From positions 1 to 64,000 of the IMG/VR virus record IMGVR_UViG_3300028025_003409: a stretch of 64,000 bases of DNA; one strand, 5' to 3'. Positions 39,180 to 48,695 of this stretch are shown in pieces; position 1 is the stretch's first letter, and the number at the start of each line of letters is the position of its first letter. The notes under the pieces are model-generated. The model saw only the letters and a program-made list of their open reading frames with translations, had not been told where the DNA came from and did no database searches. The DNA is from a virus. Made by a program: the position numbers and the translations under genes.

Positions 39180-40691
39180 TTACGCTGTCAAGTCGCCGTA
39201 GACAACCCATGTATTTGCTGCTCTCTTAAAGAGAGTACAAGATGACCAGGTTGTACGAAGTTTCAAGCCAGGTGTTGCATTTACTGTGACTGTTCCTGAT
39301 ACTGGGGCGATTGTTACTTGTCCCGCTCCTGTTTGAAGAATGTCAATAGATGTTCCGATTGGGAAATCCAGTGTTGCATCTGTTGGGATTGTTAGTGTCA
39401 TTGCTGATGCTGAACCCATCTCAATTAAATCATCTCTTTCGGTTAGTGATGAAAGTGTGTATGATGCTGTCTTTTGTGAAATTGGTGTTAAAGAATCTAC
39501 CTTTAGTCCAAGGTTTGTTGTTACTGATGCTGCAAAGTTTGCGTCATCACCAAGTGCTGCAGCAAGTTCATCAAGGGTATTAAGTGCTGCTGGAGCACCA
39601 GTTAGAAGTGCGTTTACCTGTGATGTTGCATCTGCAATTGCTTCTGCCTTTGCTGTTGCGATTGCTGTAGACTGTGCTGTTGATACTGGCTTTGATGCAT
39701 CTGCTGTGTTATCAACATTTCCAAGACCAAGTGAAGTCTTTGTAACTGCTGCTACATCTGCTGTAGTTGCAAGTAGAGAAGTATCTGCAATTCCGTGAAC
39801 ATTTGTTGTTATTGCATTCTGTGTAGATATCTTTGTATCTGCTGCTAGTCCTGCTGCAGTGATTGCTGCTGTTTCTGCTGCATCTGCTGCATCATCTGCA
39901 TACGCTTTTGTTGCTAGAAGTGCTGTGTCAACAATTCCGTGAACATTTGTTGTATCATCATTATGTGTTGATACTAAACCACTTGCATATGACTGTGTTG
40001 CTAGAAGTGCTGTGTCTGCAATCCCATGTACATTTGTTGTGTCTGTGTTATGAGTATCTAGCATTGTTGTGGTAACTAGAAGACTTGTATCTTGAATTCC
40101 GTGAACACTTGTCGTGTCTGCACTATGTGTGTCTACTGCGTTATCAGAATATTGCTTAGTAGCAAGAAGTGATGTATCTGCAATGCCGTGAACGCCAGTA
40201 GTGTCACCTGTGTGACCATCTAAAACTGTCTGTGTTACCAAAAGGCTTGTATCTGCAATACCATGCACATCTGTTGTGTCTGAATTATGTGTTGAAATGT
40301 TTGCTGTGGTTGCAAGTAGTGAAGTATCTACAATCCCATGAACATTTGTTGTGTCTAGATTGTGTGTGTTAATTGCTGTTGTTGTAAAAGTGTTTGATTC
40401 GTCAACTGATGTATTAATTGACATTTCTATGGCTGTTCCAAAATTGGCGTCGTCGCCAATTGCTGCTGCCAATTCGTTTAAAGTATTAAGTAGTTCTGGA
40501 GCACCGTCTACAAGGGCAGCAATCTCAGATGCAGAAGCATAATATGTCAGAGAAGACCATGTGTTTACTCCGTCACCAATCTTAAACTTGTTTGTTCCGC
40601 TTTCAAAGCCAATTTCTCCTGCTGCTAGAATTGGGTTTGCAGTAGTCCACTGCTGTGCAGTTCCTCTGCGCTGTTGCATTCTTGTTGCCAT
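39180..40691 (-). CDS. tail fibre (Mtd/hyaluronidase-type N-terminus, 7 His repeats, C-terminal GDLTA domain)
   Basis: MQQRRGTAQQW..NPILAAGEIGFE; HxxDTTxVHGIxDTxLL repeats; APELLNTLNELAAA. Confidence 0.8.
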   Translation of the reverse strand: MATRMQQRRGTAQQWTTANPILAAGEIGFESGTNKFKIGDGVNTWSSLTYYASASEIAALVDGAPELLNTLNELAAAIGDDANFGTAIEMSINTSVDESNTFTTTAINTHNLDTTNVHGIVDTSLLATTANISTHNSDTTDVHGIADTSLLVTQTVLDGHTGDTTGVHGIADTSLLATKQYSDNAVDTHSADTTSVHGIQDTSLLVTTTMLDTHNTDTTNVHGIADTALLATQSYASGLVSTHNDDTTNVHGIVDTALLATKAYADDAADAAETAAITAAGLAADTKISTQNAITTNVHGIADTSLLATTADVAAVTKTSLGLGNVDNTADASKPVSTAQSTAIATAKAEAIADATSQVNALLTGAPAALNTLDELAAALGDDANFAASVTTNLGLKVDSLTPISQKTASYTLSSLTERDDLIEMGSASAMTLTIPTDATLDFPIGTSIDILQTGAGQVTIAPVSGTVTVNATPGLKLRTTWSSCTLFKRAANTWVVYGDLTA

Positions 40692-40745
40692 ATTTTATTT
40701 CTCCTTATGGGTGCTGCCCATTTATCTTATTATAACATCAATTTT

Positions 40746-41195
40746 TTAATTGAAATTATCTACTACACTACCGCCATCAAATACAACTGTCCAAACTGAT
40801 GTGTCTGGGCCACCTGCATCTAAACCTACACCCAATGGGCTGTTGAATGATCCACCTTCATAGAACTGAGATACAATGAAACCAGTTCCATCAATTGCGG
40901 TATCGTGAATGTGCTGTGGTAAATTATTTGTATCATCAATAGTTGCTTGGGTATACCAAGATCCATTGTAATAGAAATTAACTCTATTTGTTACGGTGTC
41001 TAACCACTGTGTTCCGTTTGTTGGTGAAGAGGGAGCAATTGAGTCAACAGTCATTGATCTTGAATCAACATACTCCTTAGTTGCTGCATGTGAGTTTGTT
41101 GTAGGTGTTCCTACTGTCACTGCATCTCCGAATGTACCGCCGTTAGTTACGACTAAGCCATTCTTGACCTTGAAGTCTTTATTCTCTGTTGTCAT
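40746..41195 (-). CDS. small fibre-associated protein
   Basis: FKVKNGLVV start shared with the 41226 ORF; AATKEYVD and APSSPTNGTQWLDT fibre motifs. Confidence 0.65.
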   Translation of the reverse strand: MTTENKDFKVKNGLVVTNGGTFGDAVTVGTPTTNSHAATKEYVDSRSMTVDSIAPSSPTNGTQWLDTVTNRVNFYYNGSWYTQATIDDTNNLPQHIHDTAIDGTGFIVSQFYEGGSFNSPLGVGLDAGGPDTSVWTVVFDGGSVVDNFN

Positions 41196-41225
41196 TTATT
41201 GCTCCCTTTTCCACACAAATTTTTA

Positions 41226-43589
41226 TTACTTAAGAAGTGTTCCAGTTACCTTGATTGTTGAATCATTTACTGGATCTACTCTTACTTCTACATTTGCACC
41301 AGATACTCGTGCTGTAATGCTTCCTCTTGTACCATTTGTTCCAACGATTGCATATTCTGTGATTGCAATGTTGTCTGATGAGTCTAGAGTAAGAAGTATT
41401 TCAGAAACTTCATTATCTGTTGCGTTGTCAATCTTAACCATTAGTTTTGCTGAACGATAGTCAGCCTTTGGCCATGAATATGCAGTTACTACAACTGATC
41501 CAAGTGATGAAGAAGTTGCTGCAATCTGCTTAGCCTCAGAGTTTACATTTATTTCTGTAAATGCTGTTGTTCCAGCAAGAACATCATCAAGTGCTTCTTG
41601 GGCTGTGGCCTCTGCTGCTGACTGGGCAGTTGATGCTGAACCTGCTGCATCGTATGATGCTGCGGTTGCTGATACTGCTGCTGCATTAAAGTCTGAGATA
41701 TCTGCTGCATCAAGACCAGTTACAGAGATTGTTGCCCCTGTAATGTCAATGTTTGATCCTGCAGTTAGTGCATCTTGCTTTCCTGCTGCAATACCCTGAA
41801 GTGAGTTAAGTGCATCTGGGTCATTGTCAAGTGCTGCTGCCAACTCCTGAAGTGTATTCAAAAGTTCTGGTGCTGAACCAACAAGGTTTCCAACTGCAGT
41901 ATCTGTGTAATCCTCTGCTGCTGAAATTGCCTCTGACTTTGCGGTTGCAATAGCAGAGTTACGATCTGTAACCTCTGTTGAGATTGCAGTTGAAAGTGCT
42001 CCTGCTGCAGTTGCTTCTGCTGCTGCTTGTGCAGCATTTGCCTTTGAAGTAGCATCTGCTGAGGCAGTTGCTTCTGCACCTGACTTAGCGTTATTAGCCT
42101 TAGTTGTGGCATCTGACGCTGCTGCTGCGACTGCATCTGAGTATGCTGTGTTTGCTGAACCTGCTGCATCGTAGTTGATTGCAAGGCCGTCTGCGTAGTC
42201 TTCTGCTGCTTCTTGTGCTGCTGCTGCTGCACCATACATATCGTATGCTGCTGATGTTGCATCAAGTGCTCTTTGGTTTGTGAAGTAAAGGTTTGAACCT
42301 TCTTCAATATCATCTGTATCAAGAAGGTTTATCTGATCCCCAATTGTTCCACCCACAGCATCAATTGCTCGCTGGTTAGTGAAGTATAGGTTTGTTCCTT
42401 CTTCAATGTCTGTTGTGCTTATGTCATTTACCGCAGATGTAATTGCAGAGTTTCTATCTGCTACTTCTTGAGTAATTGCTGCTCCGATTGCAGTGTTACG
42501 GTTTGTAACTTCTGTATCGATAGCAGTTGAAATTGCAGAGTTTCTATCTGCTACTTCTTGTGTAATCTTTCCATCTGTAGCAAGGTTTGATGCTGCTTCT
42601 GCTGCATTCGCCTTAGATGTCGCATCAAGGGCTGCGGTTGCTTCTGCTGCTGCTCGTGCAGCATTTGCCTTTGAAGTTGCATCTGCTGAGGCTGTTGCTT
42701 CGGCTGCAGTCTGTGCTGCTGAAGCGTATCCCTGTGCTGCTGTGTCAAGATCAGAAATTTCTGAGTCAACATATGATGTAGCAGCCTTTGTTCCAACAAG
42801 AGTTGTAAGGTTTGTAATTGTATCTGGTGCATCACCAAGTGCTTGTGCCAACTCATCAAGAGTATTTAGAAGTTCTGGTGCTCCATTAACAAGTGCTGAC
42901 ACTGCAGAGTCTGTATATCCTTCTGCTGCAGAGATTGCTTCTGCCTTTGCTGTAGAGATATCTCCAGTTACTGTTGTATAAAGTGTTGAGTTTGCATTTG
43001 ATGCAGTCAACTCTGCTGCTGCTTGGGCTGCATTTGCCTTTGAAGTAGCATCTGCTGAAGCGGTTGCTTCTGCTGCAGATTGTGCAGCATTTGCCTTTGA
43101 AGTAGCGTCTGCTGCTGCTGTAGTTATAGCATCTGCTTCTGCTTGATCAGCATAAGCCTTAAGTGAAAGATCGAGTAATGATACTTCATCGTCTGTGTAT
43201 GAGTTTGCTGAAGCCTCTGCTGCATCTGCTTTAGATGTTGCATCTGTTGCTGCTGCAGAAATTGCCTGAGACTTTGCTGTTGCAATGTCTGATGTTACTG
43301 TGGTGTACAAAGATGTATCTGCTGCTGTAGCAAAATCTTGTGCTGCAGTCTGTGCTGCTGCTGCTGCGCCTGATTCATCAAATACGCCTGACTTAATATT
43401 TAGTTCGCCAGCAATAACTTCCATCTGTGTTGCTTCAACAGATGTTACAAGTGTTTCTCCACCAATCAAATTAATAATATATTGATCTGATGTATCCTCT
43501 GTAAGTATTTGCTTTCCTGCTACTGTAGCGATTGATCCTTCAACTACCAGGCCATTTTTGACCTTAAAGTTTTTATTTACTGTTGCCAT
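41226..43589 (-). CDS. long Ala-rich tail fibre
   Basis: DATSKANAA coiled-coil repeats, DIEEGxNLYFTNQRA x2, APELLNTLxELA x2. Confidence 0.75.
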   Translation of the reverse strand: MATVNKNFKVKNGLVVEGSIATVAGKQILTEDTSDQYIINLIGGETLVTSVEATQMEVIAGELNIKSGVFDESGAAAAAQTAAQDFATAADTSLYTTVTSDIATAKSQAISAAATDATSKADAAEASANSYTDDEVSLLDLSLKAYADQAEADAITTAAADATSKANAAQSAAEATASADATSKANAAQAAAELTASNANSTLYTTVTGDISTAKAEAISAAEGYTDSAVSALVNGAPELLNTLDELAQALGDAPDTITNLTTLVGTKAATSYVDSEISDLDTAAQGYASAAQTAAEATASADATSKANAARAAAEATAALDATSKANAAEAASNLATDGKITQEVADRNSAISTAIDTEVTNRNTAIGAAITQEVADRNSAITSAVNDISTTDIEEGTNLYFTNQRAIDAVGGTIGDQINLLDTDDIEEGSNLYFTNQRALDATSAAYDMYGAAAAAQEAAEDYADGLAINYDAAGSANTAYSDAVAAAASDATTKANNAKSGAEATASADATSKANAAQAAAEATAAGALSTAISTEVTDRNSAIATAKSEAISAAEDYTDTAVGNLVGSAPELLNTLQELAAALDNDPDALNSLQGIAAGKQDALTAGSNIDITGATISVTGLDAADISDFNAAAVSATAASYDAAGSASTAQSAAEATAQEALDDVLAGTTAFTEINVNSEAKQIAATSSSLGSVVVTAYSWPKADYRSAKLMVKIDNATDNEVSEILLTLDSSDNIAITEYAIVGTNGTRGSITARVSGANVEVRVDPVNDSTIKVTGTLLK

Positions 43590-43602
43590 TTTTTATATCT
43601 CC

Positions 43603-44049
43603 TTAAGCCTTTAGTCCAATTCGTGCAAAACGAACTGTTATAGGTGTTAAACCGCCTACTGGAGTGACTGATAAAGCCACGGTATTTCCAGAGCGGGAGA
43701 CATTAATGGTGCCAATATTCCCATCAGTGTCGACTGTTCCGTATTCGGTTACATTTATGTTTGTACCGTCAACAAGAACAGTTAATTCTGTTGCATAAAA
43801 TTTATTATCGCCTTGCGATGTCTTTGATATTGAAACAATATACTTGACCATACGAAAAACCGTTGCATCGAAGTTGTCAACGACTGTAGTCATCTCAATT
43901 CCGTTTACTGTTGTTTCGTTATTACCTGCTGTACCCAAATCTGTTGCTTGGGATGACAGAGTGTCGATGAGATCTACGTAATCTTCTTGGGTAGGACGAT
44001 CACCAGTTTGAAACTTTAACTTAACATTCGGAATTGTGAGTTTGGCCAT
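43603..44049 (-). CDS. fibre-associated structural protein
   Basis: FQTGDRPTQEDYVDLIDTL; C-terminal domain (TEYGTV) similar to the end of the 41226 ORF (TEYAIV). Confidence 0.65.
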   Translation of the reverse strand: MAKLTIPNVKLKFQTGDRPTQEDYVDLIDTLSSQATDLGTAGNNETTVNGIEMTTVVDNFDATVFRMVKYIVSISKTSQGDNKFYATELTVLVDGTNINVTEYGTVDTDGNIGTINVSRSGNTVALSVTPVGGLTPITVRFARIGLKA

Positions 44050-44082
44050 GCTGTAATTATAACATGCTTTTTAATAGGATAA

Positions 44083-44307
44083 TTAGAGAATATAGTTGCT
44101 GTAGCCAATAACCTGAAGTGGAATTGCGGGGGTATTTCCTAAACCAATAGCCTGAATCTGAATGGCTGTAAACTTAACCCTAAAAGGAAGTATTTCAGTT
44201 ATTAAAGTATTTATTGCTATATCTTCTATCTTAACCAATGAGTATTCTATTGGAAAGATTCGCTCTGTTTTATTGTTTAGTTCATCAAGAATTAATGCTG
44301 TGGCCAT
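44083..44307 (-). CDS. hypothetical structural protein
   Basis: Coupled ORF in the fibre block. Confidence 0.55.
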   Translation of the reverse strand: MATALILDELNNKTERIFPIEYSLVKIEDIAINTLITEILPFRVKFTAIQIQAIGLGNTPAIPLQVIGYSNYIL

Positions 44308-44717
44308 TAATCTGTTACATCTTCAAGAATCTTCATGCTACCCTGGCAAACTGTCCATACTCTTGTTGGATCACTAACCTGGATATCAAAGATGTCTCCT
44401 GTCTGTAAAACATTAGATTCTTCTGCTGTAAGCCAAACCGTAAACTCTCCGACTAGGTCATCTTCATCTGCAACTGGATGCAGAGCCATAATTGTTGTAG
44501 CGTCATCTGTAATAACTCCAGGCTTTGATGTGGGTCTTTTAATTTTCATAGCAATGTCCCACTCAGATCCTTCGCCTTTTAGAACTAAAGGCTGCTTTGC
44601 ATCATCTGTTACATAAACTTTAAATCCAGACGTGTCTCCACGAACAACAGTCCAAATAACTGTAGGAGGTTTATTTCCTATGTCGTATGATGTTTGAGAT
44701 CCTCTTAAAGTTGCCAT
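44307..44717 (-). CDS. BppU-N-like baseplate protein
   Basis: WTVVRGDT...FDIQV...GSMKILEDVT; paralogue of the 49262 and 50436 ORFs. Confidence 0.6.
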   Translation of the reverse strand: MATLRGSQTSYDIGNKPPTVIWTVVRGDTSGFKVYVTDDAKQPLVLKGEGSEWDIAMKIKRPTSKPGVITDDATTIMALHPVADEDDLVGEFTVWLTAEESNVLQTGDIFDIQVSDPTRVWTVCQGSMKILEDVTD

Positions 44718-44735
44718 TGTTTTATTATATCACTA

Positions 44736-45257
44736 TTAAGACAAACCGTCTTTAAGTGCTCCCCATGTTCCGTTTCCTTTTGCCTCTACAATAATTACTC
44801 CTGTGTTTGATGCATGTGCAACAACTCCAACTGCCCCTGAGCCACCTGTAGGTCTAACATTTGTTAACCCACCAGATGTTCCAACATACAGCACATCACC
44901 ATTTTCAAATCCAGATGTATTTATATTTTCCATAACCCCTGCAACTACTGCAATCCCATCAGATCCGTTTGCTACTGGAGTTTTTAATAATCCCAATATT
45001 GGAGATTCGGTCAAAGGCAGTGCCTTTGCAATTGTAGTTTTTGTTGTATGACCAGTCGCATATACTGGTGTTCCTGCAGGTAAATTTTCTCCGCTATTAT
45101 TTAAAATTCCAAGTTGAAATTGAGATAATCCAAGTGGTGGCAAGATAACCATTAATCTATCTACAAGTGATTCAATATCCTCGTGTACATTTACTGGGTC
45201 ATTTGCAAGCGGGTATGGTAATTTAAATAACGCATCATTAGTATTTCCAGTAGCCAT
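44736..45257 (-). CDS. virion structural protein (capsid-cement/DUF2190-like)
   Basis: LPYP start; GTPVY...INTSGFENGDVLYV..GGLT. Confidence 0.5.
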   Translation of the reverse strand: MATGNTNDALFKLPYPLANDPVNVHEDIESLVDRLMVILPPLGLSQFQLGILNNSGENLPAGTPVYATGHTTKTTIAKALPLTESPILGLLKTPVANGSDGIAVVAGVMENINTSGFENGDVLYVGTSGGLTNVRPTGGSGAVGVVAHASNTGVIIVEAKGNGTWGALKDGLS

Positions 45258-45285
45258 AGTATATTTATTATACCACCTTCTAAAG

Positions 45286-45315
45286 TTGACTTTTGGTAAA
45301 ATTTTGTGTTATACT
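45286..45315 (+). promoter_or_regulatory. sigmaA-type promoter
   Basis: TTGACT-18nt-TATACT with TG extension. Confidence 0.75.
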
Positions 45316-45362
45316 AGGTGTAGACACCTACCAGGGTGTTATTGTTTTCTAAGGAGGAAACT

Positions 45363-45926
45363 ATGATTAAATTTATCGAAAGAAACAAAGAGATCATTAG
45401 CACACTCAGTATTGTATTGTTAGTAGCGATATCTTCTAATGCTGCTAATGCTGCTCCAGAACTAAATACGAAAAATAATCTTAGCCTTGAACAGGCTCAG
45501 ACATCGGAAACCGCCTCGAAAGAGGTTTTTTTGGTTTCTAAGACAAAAAAACTAGAGAGTTTTGAGAATAAGGTTTCTCTAACTGATTTAGAACTAAAAG
45601 AACTACTTTCGCTAGTAGGCTTCAAGGGCAAAGACCTTGTTGTTGCTTGGGCAGTGGCTAAGAAAGAGTCCAATGGGCGACCATTGGCTTTTAATGGCAA
45701 TCACAAGACTGGTGACTCATCTTATGGTATGTTCCAAATCAATATGATTGATACCCTTGGTCCTGATCGTAGAACCAAGTTTGATCTTGACTCTAACGCT
45801 GAACTATTCAATCCCGTCAAAAACGCAGAGATTGCATACTACATGACTAACGGTGGAGAAGATTGGTCCTCATGGAAAGGCATTACTCCAAGAACCAAAT
45901 CCTGGATGGCTAAATTTCCTAAGTAG
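45363..45926 (+). CDS. secreted lysozyme-like lytic transglycosylase
   Basis: AAGGAGG SD; signal peptide ending ANA; AKKESNG catalytic Glu, SYGMFQIN, LFNPVKN, WSSW. Confidence 0.8.
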   Translation: MIKFIERNKEIISTLSIVLLVAISSNAANAAPELNTKNNLSLEQAQTSETASKEVFLVSKTKKLESFENKVSLTDLELKELLSLVGFKGKDLVVAWAVAKKESNGRPLAFNGNHKTGDSSYGMFQINMIDTLGPDRRTKFDLDSNAELFNPVKNAEIAYYMTNGGEDWSSWKGITPRTKSWMAKFPK

Positions 45927-45938
45927 TTTATTAAAAGA

Positions 45939-45968
45939 TAGGGGGCCTTTATTGGCCCCTTATTTTTT
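45939..45968. terminator. bidirectional terminator
   Basis: GGGGCC/GGCCCC stem with flanking A/T runs between convergent genes. Confidence 0.75.
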
Positions 45969-46210
45969 TACCATTTTTTAATTGGACATTCTGCATACTT
46001 TAAGTGTGTCTTTAGTTTCATGAAGCAGCCACACTGTTTACATGTTGCTGTTAATTTTATTAATTCTGGACAAGATTTGCAAATATCTAGTCTTTCAAAA
46101 GCAATGTCTTCAGATACTCTGTTTCCAGGCTTTATGATGTCCCAAGGCTTAACTTCTCCCATATTTTTTCTAAATCTGTCCCATATTTTTTCATCTGAGT
46201 TTTCTTCCAT
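45968..46210 (-). CDS. small Cys-rich protein
   Basis: RLDICKSC...CKQCGCFMKLK..L..AECPIKKW; leaderless promoter. Confidence 0.7.
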   Translation of the reverse strand: MEENSDEKIWDRFRKNMGEVKPWDIIKPGNRVSEDIAFERLDICKSCPELIKLTATCKQCGCFMKLKTHLKYAECPIKKW

Positions 46211-46228
46211 ACTACAATTTTATCACAA

Positions 46229-47497
46229 CTAGACCTTAGAGTTGTGTACTACCATATTTCCAGCAATAATAGTGTCTACTGGGAAAGCGTTAAACTTAAA
46301 GACATTTCTTATTTCTTCAATATAGTCAAGTGAAGATACTGGAGTTGCTACCATTCCAGAATCTGTTGGCTCAAAAATAAAGTCATTTTCTGTCACTGTT
46401 TTTGCCTCAACAAATATATGTGAATCTAGGCGTTTAATAAGAACTTTTTCTTCTGGGGTAAATCTCTTTGTTTTATCACCATTAAAGTATAAGGTTGTAT
46501 CTTTTGTTGATGGGCTAATCTGTACAATTTCAGATTGAACCCTTTTAACATTTTTAAGATTTTCTGGGTAAATTGTTGATGCTCCAGGGTCTTGCAGATC
46601 ATCAAGTAGTCCATCCCAAGTGATAGACCAAATTTTATCTCCAAGGACAATATCTTTTGCTGCCTTAAACTCAACAGAGTTTTCATATCCAACAATCTGA
46701 ATAAGTGTATCTTCATCAATACATACTGTGAGTGGTACGAAGGAGTATGTTGGTGTAAAGGAGTAAGGAGTAAAAGTATAAGGAGTAAATGTATACGCAG
46801 GTGTTGGTGTGAATGTGTAAGTAGGTGCTGTTGGTGTAAAGGTATAGGCAGTTGGAGTAAATGTGTAAGCAGGTGTTGGAGTAAATGAATACGGAGTAAA
46901 TGAATAAACTGGACTACAAGTTGCTGCAGCAATTGGGGATGGGCCTTCTTCTGGACCTGGTGCACAATTAAAGTTGTTTCCAGGACCAAGTTCTCCCATT
47001 TGTGTAAGCAATTGCTGAACTTGTGAACAAGTCTTATTTGGCCAGAAGTAAGGACCAACCACTGATCCATCTGCACCAGATGCTGGGTTGGAACAGTGTG
47101 TGTACCATACACCAGTTGCGGCAACTGGAGTAAATGAGTATGGAGTAAATGAGTATGGAGTAAATGTATATGCGGTTGGAGTAAATGTATATGCGGTTGG
47201 AGTAAATGTGTATGCAGTTGGAGTAAAAGAATAAGGAGTAAAAGAATAAGGAGTAAAAGAAAAATTATAGTATGTATAAGAAACATTTGTTTCGTAGTCT
47301 ACAAGAGAATCAAATGATGGATTTTGAGATGCAATTTTTTGATTTAAAGAATCATCTGCCGTATCTGTTGAACCAGTCTCCAGTGGAACAAGTCCATTAC
47401 TAACAATTGATGATGAGGCAGTTGTTCTAGTCAAACCAGAAAGATTAGGTACTTTTACCATACCCTTTAAAGATGACCAAAAACCAAAATTTAGCAT
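46229..47497 (-). CDS. PASTA-like domain protein with 17 (Y/F)(S/T)F(T/V)P repeats and a C-terminal Hint domain
   Basis: VKVPNLSGLT...IASQNP PASTA-like; two repeat blocks around a 4-Cys insert; Hint CIDEDTLI...VVHN-SKV. Confidence 0.8.
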   Translation of the reverse strand: MLNFGFWSSLKGMVKVPNLSGLTRTTASSSIVSNGLVPLETGSTDTADDSLNQKIASQNPSFDSLVDYETNVSYTYYNFSFTPYSFTPYSFTPTAYTFTPTAYTFTPTAYTFTPYSFTPYSFTPVAATGVWYTHCSNPASGADGSVVGPYFWPNKTCSQVQQLLTQMGELGPGNNFNCAPGPEEGPSPIAAATCSPVYSFTPYSFTPTPAYTFTPTAYTFTPTAPTYTFTPTPAYTFTPYTFTPYSFTPTYSFVPLTVCIDEDTLIQIVGYENSVEFKAAKDIVLGDKIWSITWDGLLDDLQDPGASTIYPENLKNVKRVQSEIVQISPSTKDTTLYFNGDKTKRFTPEEKVLIKRLDSHIFVEAKTVTENDFIFEPTDSGMVATPVSSLDYIEEIRNVFKFNAFPVDTIIAGNMVVHNSKV

Positions 47498-47504
47498 CTT
47501 TAAC

Positions 47505-48137
47505 CTAAGCCGTCAGGTCACCAAGAAGTAGCCAGGTGTTAGTGTCAACTTTTGTAAGAACTGCACCAGAGTACCTAGAGGATATCTTTTTGTTTGAGTT
47601 TTTGCTGTTAATAATTACACCTGGTGTTGCACCTGCAAAAGAAACTGCCCCAGTTCCATACCGAATAAACTCAATTTTTTGCCCTATAGAAAAGGCTGCA
47701 ACACTGTTTAATGGAATGGTTATAACAATATCTGAAGAAGACTCTACAGAAATAGTTTTTCCTGAATCAGATTTTGCAACGGTATAGTCAGAAGTCTTTG
47801 TAACAAATGTTGCAGAATCGTTTACATATCTCCAAGCAGATCCAGAATAATACTGGACTTGGTCTATTGGTGTTCCATCATCTTCTTGTCTAACAAAACA
47901 AACTAAGCCTGCTGTTGGAGATGTTAAAACAGCGTCTCTTGCTGTTGGGTTTTGAAAATTATTAATTCCGCCCTTGGCTTTAATAACATTATTAAATGTA
48001 GTTGCTGCGGAGAATGTTTGCTCGGCTGACCAAGTATATTCTTGATTTGTATTTACTGATCCACCAATAGCGTACCAAGTATCGTCAGATTCGTTGTATA
48101 TATAAGCATTCTTTCCATCAGTATTAATTGTTGCCAT
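47505..48137 (-). CDS. fibre protein with C-terminal GDLTA domain
   Basis: C-terminal domain paralogous to the end of the 39180 ORF (F.IG..I....G.G.V...NTW...GDLTA). Confidence 0.7.
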   Translation of the reverse strand: MATINTDGKNAYIYNESDDTWYAIGGSVNTNQEYTWSAEQTFSAATTFNNVIKAKGGINNFQNPTARDAVLTSPTAGLVCFVRQEDDGTPIDQVQYYSGSAWRYVNDSATFVTKTSDYTVAKSDSGKTISVESSSDIVITIPLNSVAAFSIGQKIEFIRYGTGAVSFAGATPGVIINSKNSNKKISSRYSGAVLTKVDTNTWLLLGDLTA

Positions 48138-48249
48138 CTGAAGTTATCCCCAATGCTCTTAGTTCTGCTTCTGTAAAACCTAGTGCAACAAATTTTGCAA
48201 TAGCATTTTCCTTAAATTCTTGATCTATTGTCTTTTCTTTTTTAGCCAT
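48124..48249 (-). CDS. 41-aa protein, possible fibre-assembly chaperone
   Basis: Manual translation MAKKEKTIDQEFKENAIAKFVALGFTEAELRALGITSDGNN; TAATG-coupled. Confidence 0.6.
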   Translation of the reverse strand: MAKKEKTIDQEFKENAIAKFVALGFTEAELRALGITSDGNN

Positions 48250-48677
48250 TATGCACCAATCTCTTTCCACTCGGTTCCACTGTAAACATATATTTTAAGT
48301 GGAGAAGAATCTGAGTCAACCCATAATGTACCAGTTGATGGAGATGCAGGAGATGTTGTAGAATATTGTGCTTGAGCATATTGAACTGATGCAGAGATGC
48401 CAGAATCTGAGTCTAGCCAAACATACCCATTTCCAATACCAGTTGGCTGGGTTGTTGAAACGGTGGATCCAAGTCCACGATTGTTAATAACAGTAATATC
48501 TGCTTCAATTCTTTTTAAGTTACCAGCCAAAGAAGTTGATAATATCTCTGACTGATTAGAAGGTGGTGTTGTGGTTCCATATAAAAATAATTTTAAAGCC
48601 TCTTGAATATCTGCAGACTCATTGTAGGATGGCACTTTAGTGTCATAAGGTCCGTTAAGATTGATATTATCTGCCAT
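48249..48677 (-). CDS. fibre-associated structural protein
   Basis: Two P...G..WxDSD fibre repeats. Confidence 0.6.
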   Translation of the reverse strand: MADNINLNGPYDTKVPSYNESADIQEALKLFLYGTTTPPSNQSEILSTSLAGNLKRIEADITVINNRGLGSTVSTTQPTGIGNGYVWLDSDSGISASVQYAQAQYSTTSPASPSTGTLWVDSDSSPLKIYVYSGTEWKEIGA

Positions 48678-48695
48678 TATTCATCTCCCCCAAAA

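Noticed and set aside
45324-45339. ACAC-N8-GTGT as an NrdR box
   Set aside because: The core does not match, and it is not upstream of nrdJ
46426-47286. 286-aa His/Leu-rich ORF (and 38280..38504)
   Set aside because: Alternative-frame shadows of the YSFTP repeat genes
37780-47497. Hint domains as mobile homing inteins
   Set aside because: They have no endonuclease insert, sit at the extreme C-terminus, and are not within conserved enzymes
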